A stretch of 64,000 bases of DNA, taken from the human T2T-CHM13v2.0 reference genome, Homo sapiens. How positions within the stretch are numbered: position 1 is the stretch's first letter; each line of letters starts with the position of its first letter. The notes beneath the pieces were generated by a model that was given only the letters and a program-made list of their open reading frames with translations, had not been told where the DNA came from and did no database searches. Both the position numbers and the translations under genes were made by a program. The stretch lies in NCBI RefSeq assembly GCF_009914755.1, contig NC_060933.1; one strand, given 5' to 3'. This document shows positions 13,768-29,191 of the stretch, in pieces.

Positions 13768-16665
13768 TGGAGATGCTTTTCAAATAATTTAAAAACAACG
13801 ACTATGCATAAAGTGCCGGAATAGGCACTAAGTATATGCAATGATGTGAATAATTTTCCCTGACATTAAAATGCCTTGTGATCAAAACCCATGAGGTCAC
13901 TGGGGACTTTTTGGTACTGTATTAAAGAAAAAGAATTATATAAACAGAAATCAGATGGCTATTCCAAGCTAAAGAAATATTCCAAGCTAAAGCAATATTG
14001 ACCAAATTGATAAAATAGCAATAATGATATATCTCCAGGTACTCCATAGTCAAAAGCACTAACTACTGTGCTCAATACTTGGATGAGACAACCTCATCAG
14101 AAGACTAATATTTAAAATGCAAGAAAGCTACATATCTGATAGAGGACAAAACCCTGATCTGATTATCTAAGGTATCATATTGTCATATTTATCCACAAAT
14201 ATGTACATATATTATGTATCTATGAAAAATAGCATGGTGAGATAATGAGATTCTACATAATGAATTAACAGTGTTTTGTCTTCATCAAAAGATAATACTT
14301 TTGTCCAGAAATTCTTCAAATACAGAACTAACCATCTTTAATCATGCTAATTAGCATAAATTTAATGCATGGTGAACCTATTTGGGAATAAAGATAGCAA
14401 ATAAATAATGTGTAAGTTTTATTAATTATTCTGAATTTTACATCTTATAGGGTATTATAATTTCATTGATCAATGAAGCAATCTTTGTTTTAACATCTAA
14501 TTACAAATATTAGACAGTATATTTACTTTAGTTTGGCACCCTAGTATTTATGAAACTTTTTTATTAAATAGCTGCAATGTCAATGAATTAAATTTGAAAG
14601 ATTTATGTCTCTTAGCATCACATTCAAAATAGCAAACTGTCTGAAAAATTTAGAGTTAGAAAAAGATATCCTGTGTTTAATTTGATTATTATATTCTACT
14701 ATTAGCTCAGTATACACTATCTTAAGAAAAGTACACATATATATATAAAGTTTTTAATCTGAAATATTATACTGTAACATAATTGCATTTTGTGCCCAAC
14801 AGAATTGCTTGTTCATTTGATAGAAAATTAATATCATTAAAATAAGTCCACTAAAATCATATATTTTGAGCTTCACTAAGTAATGCATATTGTATTATGC
14901 TGTATATTGTTTTCTGTATAATTATTTAGTAAACATGTGTATCTTCCATGGTTGCTGGTTGGTATACTGTAGTATGCAAAGGTCATTTGTAAACTCATAC
15001 TTTGCCATAGAATTCACATCTTTGTTTTAATATTACTATTGAAATGTGACTGGCTAAGTTGTTTTTTCCTTGCCTATGTGTGTATATATATTACAAGTCT
15101 AATACCTAATGTCACAATGTGGAACAACGGTACCAATGCAAAAGGATTTTTTTCAAAAATTTGGAAATTCTTAGTTTTATTTATATCATGAGATCTATTG
15201 TTAACATTATAATATTCATTGTTCAGCCATCCTTTCTACATAAATTAAAATAATGGGAAGATGTAGGTGCAAAGATTGTGGGTGAACATGGTGTATGTAT
15301 GTGTGCATTTAATTTTTTTAAGCAAAGTAATACATATATGATTATAAGCCATGTAGTAAAGAAGAGCTTATAATTAAAACAGTTACATCTCTTCTCTTCT
15401 TTATTCCCCCAGTTTTACTCCCCAGTTGTAAATATTATTACATCTTTAAGTTGTTTCTTCTGTTAATTTCCTTCCCAACTCTTGGTAATAAGTAAATATT
15501 TTAAATAAGGCCCAAAAGCATTTTGTCACTTTTAAATCTCAAAAAATGCTAACATTAAAATGTACCTAAGCTTTTCAGTAACAAGAAGATTTTGGCACAA
15601 ATTATTAATCTCTTTTCTTTATTTCTGAAAGCAAGGAAGAAAAGCAGTATTAACTGGCAGTGTAATGGGTTGAACATAAATCTCGAAAATATCTGTTTTA
15701 TAATTAAAAATAATTGTGTGTGCTGCAGCGAACTAAGTTCTGCAGTGTAATTAAACCTATTTAACATACATTAACTCTATAAGTAATTTGCATAAATTAT
15801 TCTGCTTAACAATTTTAGTGTACACTAGGGGATACTGTGATTTTTATCAATGCATTCTATTCACTGAATGGATAATGATATGGTTTTAAAAGTTGAGATG
15901 TAATTATAACCCCCATAGAAGCTCCAAATCAAGAGTGTTACAGGCTGTTGGAATAATTTGCCAAATTACAGGGAGAATTGTATATGTTGTTTTGAAAGCT
16001 GCATTTGAATCTTTTATACAAATTTTTGGCCAATGTCAGCTACAGATTTACATTTTTCTCAATGTTCCTTTTCAGATCTATTAGTTCACGTTAGGCTTTT
16101 ATTAAGAGAAATTGCATTATGCATAGAGTTCTATATAACTATTGTCATAATTTGTCCTACTGAAAAACGCAGATACTGAATTTTATGTGATACATAGTAA
16201 TATAATAAAACTAGAGGCTGGAAATTTGAGTTCTTACTCTTGATTTGGACACTATCAGGCCAGTCACTGAGAGCAAGTTGGATTATCAATCCTGGCTTCA
16301 GTTTCTTTGCCTATGCAACACAATGTTATTGGACTTTAATAAAAATTTAGAAAGGGTATTTTAAGTACATCACAAAACTCATCACAATTAGTTTTATATG
16401 CTGCTCCATTTATTTTACTATATCAGACAATGTCATGCCATTGCTAGCCATTCTGCAGGGCATGTCATTGTCTAGAAAAAAGACTTTAATCCACATAACA
16501 TGTCACATTTTCTTTTGTTCCCTCTATCATTCTCCTTCTCTTCCACTTTGCAAAGGCAAAGTATTGGAAAGGACATAGAGTTGTCAGAGAGTGTGAGAAA
16601 GAAGTCACGACATGGCATGCACCAGCTTTTCTCTTGTCCCAAGCAGCCAAGAAAATATTACAGAC

Positions 16666-17464
<799 letters not shown>

Positions 17465-18264
17465 TGTAGACAAGGGTACAGGGCTAAGTTACAAAATGCT
17501 GTGCTTTGAGTAGCAGAGTGGACAGTTGGGTGTGGGGCAGGAAAAAAAGGGGCTGAAAGGCCAATCCCTGACCACAAGTAGCATGTATACAGTTGTGTCT
17601 ACTATACACCCGAAATAAGCATTCAAAATGCACAGAGAATCAGTAAAGAATCTGAATTAATTGATACCCATTTCTACTTGGAAAAGAAACAAAATTCTAT
17701 GTCAAAATCTCTATTAGGAACACTTACTATTATATGATCATTCATTAAGTTTTACCATTCCTGTTAGGTATTGAATAGTATTATACTATTTAAAAGAATA
17801 AGAGTCACCACTTTTACTAAAACTCATGATAAGGAACCAAGGTAAGCAAGAATTAAATACCTGCTCATATACCAATAAACTATACTGAGGAAGCAGAGAT
17901 TAAGGAGAAAGAGCATGGAGACATGAGCAAGGCTCAGAGCAAATTAGATGGGCACACATATTTCTTCTATGCAGAGAACAAAAGAAAAAGTTATCTCTGA
18001 TTATGCAAAAATGAAGGAAATGTATCATGGTTAAGATGTCAGCATTTTCATGTTCATGTTTTCAGTCCAGGACAGAATCTGGAGAATGGGGTCTTCTCCA
18101 TCAACATCTAGTCAGCAACTGCCACAGCTTAACTAATGAGATGCTTCAGGATCCACTGGTGGCTGATTTCATAAGAAAATTTGTACATAAGCCAAAGCTT
18201 GAGCTAATCGCTCAACAATCATACTCAGAAAAGAGAAACGTACTAGTGAAATGTTTATTTCACT

Positions 18265-18452
18265 ACAATAACAGTAACAATTTCTCACACTTACATGGAG
18301 CTTATTATATGTCAGGCATTGCCCTGTGAACTTTGTGTATTTCGGCCCCATTGATCTTCATAACAATCCTCTGACAGAGAAATTTTTTTTTTTTTTTTTC
18401 AGATGAGAGAATTGAGGAAAAGAGCTTTTAAACCCAGGCAGTCTGGCTCCAG
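18265..18452 (-). mobile_element. MIR
   Basis: gagcttattatatgtcaggcattg...cagatgagagaattgagg...aacccaggcagtctggctcc. Confidence 0.75.
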
Positions 18453-18642
18453 TATATCAAAAGGAACTGAGCAATGACTGAATCTGGGCAAAGCTATACA
18501 ACAAAAGAATATGTAGAAGGTTTTCTAAAAATTCAATGTCTAGAGAAGTCTACTTCTTGAAATTCTTACTCTTACACACGAATTTTCTCTACCTCTCTCA
18601 GAGCACAATCGAGTGATAACAGCTGGAGTAAAATAACTTTGT

Positions 18643-19040
<398 letters not shown>

Positions 19041-19204
19041 GTCTGCTATTTATAATGTAAGTTTATATCAGAAATTCAGTGAAGTAGAGCTGGAAAGTGA
19101 GGTTCTTTGTTTAGTTTTGATTCTCCAGCAACTCTATTATCTATCTGTTGCTAATCTCTAGATTTTCTGATTTATTTTTTCTCAAATTTTAATATTTATA
19201 CAAC

Positions 19205-19340
19205 AAATTGTGAATCTTGTTAAAATGCAGATTATGATTTGGAGGTTCTTGAATGAGGCCTGAAGTTCCACATTTTTAAGAAGTTCCCAGGTGAGGTCAA
19301 GGCTATTGGTCCAAGGACAACTCTTTGAGTATCAAAGTCT
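19205..19340. mobile_element. MER5A-like hAT MITE
   Basis: cttgttaaaatgcagatt...catttttaagaagttcccaggtga...ctttgagta. Confidence 0.8.
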
Positions 19341-19910
19341 TAAAAGTAAATAATAGATATGACTTTCAGCTTTAAGTAAATCAAAATCACTTACAAGTTA
19401 TAATAAGAAATAGTAAATAAGCCCTCTGTGCATCAAGATTTCTTTACACACTTCCCTTCTTATTTTCACTGTCGCCATTATTTTAGGACAAACTGAAAAG
19501 TGACATTTCTCACTGCTACTGGAATTGTCACATGTGATGTTAAATTCTTCAAGCTCCACTTGGGGACATGGTGCAATGATTTGTCTGGATATTTCCAACT
19601 GTAAATGTTTTCTCTATGACCTTTTCTATGGATTAAACACAAATCAACACATATTTAACCATTTGAAAAGGCAAGATATCTTACAGTTAAAATTAGAATG
19701 GAAAAATGCAAAATCATCCACGTCAACATTTTTTTGGATTCATTCATGATTCCAGGATTTCAATAGATAACCATTGTCCAAATAAACCAATAAAATGTGA
19801 CCCCTTATGGGTTTTTTTGCAATGAAAAGGTCAGGCTTGATTCCATTCATTTCACACATGTAGATAGATGCTATGGAAAATTTTAAAGAAAGTAATCAGT
19901 ATTTATTTAG

Positions 19911-20351
<441 letters not shown>

Positions 20352-20472
20352 TATTACCTCCACGTTTTAGGTGACAAAGCCAAAGCACTGCAAAGTTAAA
20401 TATGTCACCCAAGCTATAGCATCTATTTGATGGGCTAATCAAGGACTCTGGCTTCAGCATCTGTACTCTAAC

Positions 20473-20552
20473 AGCCCTGACTTCACCACTATACAATCTA
20501 TGCACGTAACAAAATTACACTTGTAACCCATATATTTATACAAATTTTAAAA
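20473..20552 (+). mobile_element. ~80-bp L1PB/L1MA extreme 3' end
   Basis: ctgacttcaccactatacaatctatgcacgtaacaaaattacacttgta; TSD atctgtactc(c)taac at 20459-20472 and 20553-20567. Confidence 0.75.
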
Positions 20553-20879
20553 ATCTGTACTCCTAACTGCTGTACTCCAGGCTGCTTCTCTTTATGCATT
20601 TCTTAGAAAAATATATTTGAAATTTTCAAAGAGTTGAAATATTCTATCCAACTATATCTTTAACCTCAAGAATCAGACTTCCTCCAGCAACTTACATGTC
20701 ACAGATTGAATATCAACAAATAATTAAGATATAGAACAATCAGGCCTACAAAATTGCCAGGGAAGTGGGGCATGGTCTTTCTTCTCCATCATATCCCCTG
20801 GGTTCACATTAATTTTCACTGAGCATATTCTGCTATAATAAGCTAATCTATTATCTCTATTACCATACGATATCTATAT

Positions 20880-21742
20880 TTTCGTAGCTCACTAAAATTT
20901 CAGAATTACATTTCCAATTGTGCATTAGACATCCCCACTTAACGCTGTACAATGGTAAGAGAAAGTAAACATATCAATCTCCTACAAAGATGTTCTTTGT
21001 CGAAATAAGCCAATAAGCGCTGTGCTGAATGATATTACCACCTGCTCATTAATTAGGAATCTCAGAGACATCTTAACAATTCTCTCTTTTTTTCTTTATT
21101 ACATCAAAGTGTACCAACCAATATTAATTTTACCTCAGGCGAGACTACATTAGCTGAAGGACTCATCATCTCTTCTTTGGACTATTGTGGTACCTCCTGA
21201 CTTTCTCATGGCTCCCAGTTCTCCAATTATTCTTTGATACTCTCCTCAGACAGGCTTTTTAAAACCACATACAGTCTTTCCACTTGCAGGTTAAAAAATG
21301 TTAAGTTGTCCACTCTGCTTATAGATTTAAGCCCAAACTACTTAGTAAGGCATACAAGGACATTGCTAACGTAACCCCTGACTATGTTTCCAGCCACAGT
21401 CCCAACTATTTCTCTTCCCAAGTAGCTACATCAGCTTCTCACTTCAACAAACCATGCCCTTTAAAATCTTCTTAGCACACACTTTTTCTGTTCTGTCTAG
21501 AATATTCCTGTCCATATTTTCAGCTTGACAGTTTTTATTTATTCTTCAAGATGATTCTTTATACTTGAAGTATTTTCCTATTTCCTCAAGTAGAATGTAC
21601 TTTATCACTGACTTTCTATCGTACTTTAAATGTATTTTCTGAGACACTCCAGATTATCGACTTCTAGCAGGCAAGGGATTCTCTCATAGTTTTTAGAACA
21701 TAAGAGGAGCTCAGTCAACATTTACTGAATAAATAAATAAAA
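20880..21742 (+). mobile_element. L2 3' region
   Basis: Degenerate L2 motifs ending ggagctcagtcaacatttactgaataaataaataaa. Confidence 0.65.
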
Positions 21743-22989
21743 ACAAACCATTAGGTTTAACCAATGGTTTTCTATTTTCTACTTCATAACTTTTGATATT
21801 GAAATAATAGTTCAATAGTTAATACTACAAATAATATTAATTATAATAAATAATAGGGCATTTTATCTCCCACATTGCTATGTCAATAATTTCTCCGATT
21901 TGGATGGAAAATATTTGTAGAAAGCACAGCAATGAGAGTAAATTATATTAATAGTTTCATAAATCCCCAAAATATCCTCTACTCTGTTTCCATAGTCATG
22001 CCTTTCCAGAGGGGAGAATAAACTAAACAGTCAAATGCAGAATGGTGTAGGCTGTTGACTGCCAAGAGAAAGGAAAAGCCATTCATGTTGAGTTCAACAT
22101 AGATTTCATTATCAGGAATGTGCTAAAAAACACTGTCACTGCTGTGGTCCCAATGTAGGTGGTTTGTCTGACATGTGGGAGGCTCATCTTTGGTTGAAAC
22201 ATGCTGTAGTGCTGCTGATATATGGCTCTGCGATGTATGCTTCCCTATGCCATCTGTAAATACAGGTGGTTCCTGCTTTATGCCATGATCTCTTTCTGGA
22301 AACCCAACTGGAGAGAAAACAATAGCAAACATTATTTTCTGTACATACACATAAACTGCTATGTATACAGAATACGGAAGGCTCATAAAGGTGAGAAAGT
22401 TTGCAGTTATCATTTTGACCTCTAGATGGTGATGCTGCTCTGGTTTGACATTTGCACTATAACTCACATTGCTGGAGTTGCACTAGATTGTTGTTCCCAG
22501 GACAGCCAAAAACTGTGGAATGAGCACACTATACCAGACAAAGTGGATCTTGAGATAAGCAAAATATAGAGATGTAAAGCAGTGAATTGTTATACTTAAG
22601 ACTAAATAGAACTTTTACTGATGTATGTAGACTCACAACATAAAATTGTCATATTTGTTATTTTTGCTATTTTTATAATTATAATCATGGGAATTCTAAT
22701 TGTGAAATACATCTGAAAGTAGATGAGTGATGTAATGAACCTCCATTTGCTCACAACTCAGCTTAAGCAATTATCAAGACACAACCTATCTTGTTCATAT
22801 TTATTGCCACGTACTTGCTCCATGTTTTGATGCCACATACATACGTGCACTAAAAAAACTCATAATTCTCCTTGGCAAAACTGACTTTGTGAAAACATTT
22901 TACTTGAAATCACTCTTTGAAGAGAAGACTATGAGTATAGACTATTAATTTTTGAAAAGAACACCAGGATAATGATTAGGAAGAAGGAA

Positions 22990-23120
22990 GTTTCTTGGCT
23001 TTATTTCATGACCTGGGTGGTGAATACATGGGTGGGTTTGCTTTGCTGTAATTCACCTAGACTTATAACTTGTGTACTTTTCTGTATACATAGTTTATTT
23101 TCACAAAAGAAAAAAGAAAC
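22990..23120 (+). mobile_element. L1MC/ME 3' end fragment
   Basis: gacctgggtggtgaatacatggg...gtgtacttttctgtata followed by an A-rich tail. Confidence 0.6.
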
Positions 23121-25959
23121 AGACAAACATTAAAAAAAAAAAAAAGGACCTGTGCCGTATATATCCTGTCCTCTTGATAGATACAGGTTTACAATGTAGA
23201 GTAGCTATTCCTTATTGAAAAATGGAATCACTTAGAGTAATGACAAAAATGTATTTAACTTGCAAGTTAAGAGAGAAATTAAGGAGAAAATTCAATTGTG
23301 CCAAAGCCTTCCACTGTCTTTCTTACCTAAAGGGTAACGAAGAAATCCTTGGTGTTTACCTTAAGAAACCCTCTTAAGAGCTCAAGTCATCTTGACCTTT
23401 CTTTAAATGGAAGATATAATAATCATAAAAGGAAGAGTTCTGCCCACTTCCTTGCCTACCTCTTTACCTACTGTGTTACCGTTTGAGCCAACCACTGCCA
23501 CTGGGTTGGTTTGCAGCTTTGTGGGGATACAAGGAACACAAATACTTGAGTAAAATAATGTTGAAAGTTTCACGTCCTGGAAGCCCAATGGGGAAATAAA
23601 TAACAAGCCAAAAGCAAAATAAAAGTGCAATGATTGTAAAAGTAAAAAGAATTAAAGGAGATAAGTCAATATGAATAAAAGTGAAAAATGAGAAGGCGGG
23701 GAGAAGAGAGTATGTAAGAAGCTGTTCTCACTTGCCACAGATGCCTTTCTTTACTACTCCTTTGATTCTTCTCTCCTCTAAGCTCTTAGAGTGTTCAAAG
23801 TGTTATTTTATGTCAAGAAAGGCAAAATGGGATACAGAGAGTATCTACTCTAAATTCAGACAATGCTTGATTGGAACTTGTAGGAAAGTACTTTACCTCC
23901 TTGTGTTTTAGCTCCCATAGCTATAAAAAAGGGTTAAGAAAATCTGCTTTACATGTATATTTCACTTATTAGAGACAAAATATATCAGCACATTGTTGGT
24001 GATCAATGAGTAACAGCCATTACTGTTATTATTAATTACTATCATTTTTATGTTTGTTGTATTATCTAACTTATATCTAATAGTATTAGAAATAAGCTAG
24101 GGCTATAGCAGGTGTTTTCAACCATAGACAAGCATAATTTGAGTGTAAGCAGAGACAGCCTTAGGGGCTATATGTGCTGCCTTTGACACATATTGGTAAG
24201 TTGTCTTTAAAATATGTAAGACAAAAATGATGAGTTTTCCTCTTTATATGTTGTTTTCAGTAGTGTATGTTACTGATATTCACTAATTTTACAATTTACT
24301 TAGAAAAAAAGAGAGTAAATGTAATACAAAAAGAAGTTATCTAACTCATAGATAGAAGACCTACAATGTCTTCTAAAGATATCTAATGAAAGACTTAGAA
24401 ATGGATTTTCTTTGCTAGAGACAGTGATGACACCTTACTTGTCCTTCTATTTTTGTTCTAAGTTCACCTACTGAAATGAAATAGTACATGATGGATAGTA
24501 AATAATACCTCTCACCCTTCTCAGGAATACATTCAATGCAATGGGTTTTGTTTAAATCGATAAATTAGAGGTGTTTATTTGAAAGCAATGTCATTAAAGT
24601 AATAGAGTTTTAATGCAGGATACAGAAATATTAGAAAGAATACAGAGCATTGTAATTGAGTAATTTTAGGAAATTTCTGTCCTTTTAAAGGTAGGCTGTG
24701 ATTACTAGATATTAATCTCACTTATGGGAAGGAACTAAAAAGACTTATGATCAAGTCTAGCATAATCTTTTCTTAAACATATGATGATGTTAATATTACA
24801 AAACTCAGCCTGGGCATAATTAGACCTATTTTGGAATGCTAATGGAAAGACATATGGCAAATCATGATACAAAAATTTACTGATTCATAGAAGGACCTTT
24901 CATCAACATTTTTACCTAACTAAATTAGTGATTTTCTTGAGCTTAAAAAGATGAAGTAGCCAGAGGATATGATTAAGCAGCAAAACACACAGGACAGAGC
25001 TATTTTACCCATTTTAATGGCTTCAGTCATATCTGTTCTGGGGAATATGTGTTTTTTTTTATTATGTTTGATAAAATTAAGCAAAACAAAAACACAGTGC
25101 CAAGTGTCTCAACTTAGGCATGCACCATGGTTAAAAAAATTGTGCTAAATTTGAAGTCAAAAGATGTATAGACTAGTTCTTGTTTCTCCATTTACTAGCT
25201 AATAAAACTTATGCAAATTATTTTTCCTCTTAGGGTCCATTTATTTAATGATAAAATAAGGAGTTTAGACCTTGGCAAATACTTTCTAAAATTCTTAGCA
25301 GTTTTAACAGTTCAAGATGCCATTATCCTTTATTTTCTATTCAATTAGCACATTGCATCTATTTTCCCAAAAGATCAAACATGAAATGGCAGGTGTGCTT
25401 CAATTCTCATAGCCAGGCTTCTAGTGTTCTTGTCCTGGTGGTGTGGTGGTAATGGCGGGGACAGAGTGGAGACAGTAGTGAGAGAACAAAGAAAGTAGGT
25501 GAGACAGCTGAGTGTATCCATACGAACAGCCACAATTGTAATAGCAAGTACCTAAACACAACTTTGAAAGCCAAGTGTTTTCTAGTATGTATAAGAATGA
25601 GGCTAGTGGAAATGAAACCAGATGATTTTTAAAGAAATACCCTAAAAGGAAAAAATTCCTCTTCTAACTATCAGCCCATTTAATTTGGTTCTTCTAAGTA
25701 ATAATTGCTGACTGCTGCCTAGTCGCCCCATTCTCTTTTTCTATACACTGAATATTTCACCAGACTGAAGGCTTCTGGATCAGACAGTAAGTCTTGAAAG
25801 CTAATCTTCAATACTTTCCAAAAGAATAGCATTAAGTGAGCTACACAGCACATTAGAATTTTTTAATGAATAAAAAATACCTATCTCTCGGTTAAGTTTT
25901 AAGAAAGCATAAATAGCATGTCATATTAAATAGAAACATAGTGTCAAAAAAAGAACAAT

Positions 25960-26190
25960 AATGAGAACAAGTAGTGAGCTTGTGCTTAATTATATGCGAG
26001 GCATTGTCCTAATACTATACATATATTATTTCATCAAACTGTCATAGCCATATTATGATGCAGGCACTATTATTATCCCTTTTCTACAGATGTTGAAACT
26101 GGGACAGAGAAAGATCCAGTACATTGAATGAGGTCTTACAGCTCACAATGGAACAAAGACTGAAACAAGAGACTTGAACCATCACTTATT
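25960..26190 (-). mobile_element. MIR
   Basis: ggcactattattatccctttttctacagatgttgaaactgggacagaga. Confidence 0.75.
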
Positions 26191-27029
26191 TGATGGTTTG
26201 CTTATCAGTAGGACGTTGTTAAGTCACATATTTGAGAACATTATTTATTTTCACAGTTCTTATGTTGAAAAGCCTCACTTATCTTTTTCTTCTCATTAAA
26301 AATGTAGTGAATGTAATCAGTGAAAGGAAGTATTAGAACGCATGTTCACAAGCAAGCCACTTAACTGTGCTTTACTAAAATTTTCAGGTGAAGAGTGACT
26401 GCATTAATTTAATTTTCAGCGGAAGACACTAACGCTGTGAAATATTTTCCTTTCTTGGGGCTATTCTATTTTTAGTGTAAGAATTCTCTGACATAGTACA
26501 ATACTTACTGTTTCATGTCAACCTGAAAATCAAACGGTTCTATACTAAACTTCTACATGTTTGGCCTTGGGAAACATTTATGTAGAATTTTGAAATACAT
26601 TGAAATTGAATTAATCAAATCAAAAATTAAATGAAAATACATTTTGAATTGAAGTCTTTCTATGAAATTTCTGCAGACAGAATATTTTACTCATCTAAAT
26701 ATATTTAGAAATCTTCAAAAATATACCATGCTTAATATTTCATAATTAAGAAGCTAGAATTTTTTCTTAAATATTAAAAAATTCTACCTACATGCATCCC
26801 TTTTTAAAGTAGTCTGAAAAGTCAGTTTGATGGTCCCATTTCCTACCTAATGCTGTCTTTGATAAAAGATCTCTTCTCTCCTGAGATCACAGATGCAGAC
26901 ATATAATGAGTTTCTCTGTGATCAATAATCCTCACCCCTGGTCTGAGTGAGTGTTCAGAGGAGTTAAACATGTGATCTTTGCCTGAAGTATTTCTGTTTG
27001 ATGGAATTGGCAGAAAATATGCCTCTTTT

Positions 27030-27975
27030 CAAAATGATTTTAATATTTTTCTCAGAATAAAATAGGTAAATTTAAAATTTAAAGTTATAATGAAAAGCAT
27101 TAGTTTCCCTATCCAACCAAATTCGTGCTTCTCAGTGATCATATTTTTCAACACTTTCAGCTTTTTTCTATTATTATATATCTCCATTTTTCTAAATTAT
27201 AGGCTTATGCTCTTATTGTAAAATTTTGAATGTTAGATATTGTCCACTGAAGACAATATGAATGATATATATTTAAATATCTTACAGTCTCTCATCCACA
27301 CATACTTGCTGTCTTCCATGCAACCAATATAATATAGTGACATAACCAGTTGCTACCGAGGGTTTATGCTACTATCGTTGGCTATATAACTGAGTTGAAC
27401 TGCATATTAGTATTATGTTTATTTTCTTGTACAACTTTTTCCTCACTGTTTTGCTCTATTTTTACATCTTACTTTTCAAATTAATATTGTCACAAACCTT
27501 TTGATACCATTTAAAATGATATCTGGTATTAGCTACCAGAGCACTTTGTCCTCCTGCTCCAAACTGAACAAGTTATTTATCTGTCTGTTGAGTCCTCTTC
27601 AGAATTCCAGTTATCATTATCTTGGAAACTTCTTCTCTTTTCTCCTGTAATGAATATTCAATTCCCTTAACCCAACTCTCCCTCTTGTCACACTACTCCA
27701 TTTTGGTGGAGATCATCTCAGAACATCTTCCTGACAAATATACACATGAAGTAAATGTGCACATTTGGAAATATAGCATAAAGGAAATTGATCATTTACA
27801 TGATTAGAAAGTTGGCTGAGCATATAAATTTAGTATAGAAACCATTTTCTTGGAATATTTTGGGAGCATATGGTGTATGTCTCAGAATTACATACCTACT
27901 GCCTTGTACCTCTCACTGTTGCTGGTAAAACAGCTGATTGCATTTTGATTCTCATTCCTGTTATGTGATCTACTT
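27030..27975 (-). mobile_element. Very old L1/HAL1-like fragment
   Basis: ccattttggtggag..., ttggctgagcatataaattt..., ttgctggtaaaacagctgattgcattttgattctc resemble ancient L1M/HAL1. Confidence 0.45.
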
Positions 27976-28887
27976 TAACTCTTGGGTCATGGAAATGACC
28001 CAACTACTTCTTAGTTGAAAGATGTGATGCTAATGGCTAACAGCTATTTATCAACCACATGCACAGTGGGGAGTAGGGCACAGACAAAGGAGTTTGGAAT
28101 CCAGTAATGGTAGGAGAAAATGGGGCCAACACAAAGTCAGAGCAAGTGCTGAAAATAGAAAGAAAGAAGGAGAAAGAGAATAATTTTTAAAACAGACTTT
28201 AGTACAATACAGTTTTCTTTTCATTTTGAAATTCATTAATAACTGCTTTATTACAATGACCTCCCTTCCTCTCCTTTAGATTTCCACGTATACTTAGTAG
28301 TAATATGAAATTATATGATAAATTATTCATATCAATGCCCTCTGTTTTGTTGTTTGCATTATTTGACAGGTTTTGAGTAGGTTGTAAAAGTGCCACATGC
28401 CTTTGTGTTTCTGATTAGTATTCCTTTTGTTCCTGGAAGTTTTTGCTTAGATATTTTTGTCATGTAATTCAGGACTTTGGATAGTCAATGACACATATCT
28501 GGATTGTAGCTCATACCACTTGTTAGTAAAAGAGTGCCGCCTTGTTCCTGTTTGCCTTGAATTCTTACCTTAAATTTTACTTTGTCTGCCATTAACACTT
28601 TTCATACCCATGACATTTTCTATTACCTTTGCATTGCTGCCTTTCCTTTTACTCTAAACTTTTACATATTCCATTACGTCCTAGAGCCTCCATCAGTGCC
28701 TGGCTCATGGTGAGTACATAGTGAGTATGTTACAAAATGGATAACTTGTAAGTTCAGTCGCTTCATGAGTTTGCAATTAACTAGCGTTCTTGTTAATGTT
28801 TATATGCACAAAATCTCATTACAAAGTGTGACTAGCTTTTAGGCCTAAAGGTAGAACTAAAAGTATGCAAAATATTTGTTTTTATAC

Positions 28888-28889
28888 AT

Positions 28890-28921
<32 letters not shown>

Positions 28922-29191
28922 ATTATTGAGATGTAGTCTTGCTCTATCACCCAGGTTGGAGTGCAGTGGTGCGATCTTGGCTTCCGAGTTCAAGCAATTC
29001 TCCTGCCTCAACCTCCTGAGTAGCTTGGGTTATAGTCACCCACCACCATGCCCAGCTAATTTTTGTATTTTTAGTAGAGACAGGGTTTCACCATGTCAAC
29101 CAGACTGGTCTCAAACTCCTGACCTCAAGTGATCCGCCAGCCTTGGCCTCCCAAAGTGCTAGGATTACAGCTTGAGTCACTGTGCCCGGCC
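28888..29191 (-). mobile_element. AluS/J with (TTA)n tail and ~16-bp internal deletion
   Basis: Alu lacks cactgcaacctctgcc after gatcttggct; TSD tgt(t/c)tttatac at 28877-28887 and 29192-29202. Confidence 0.95.

Noticed and set aside
21745-21771. Small hairpin aaaccattaggtt/aaccaatggttt
   Set aside because: Too short and imperfect to exceed chance.
22123-22467. 114-aa minus-strand ORF
   Set aside because: Non-ATG start and no recognisable homology or exon boundaries.
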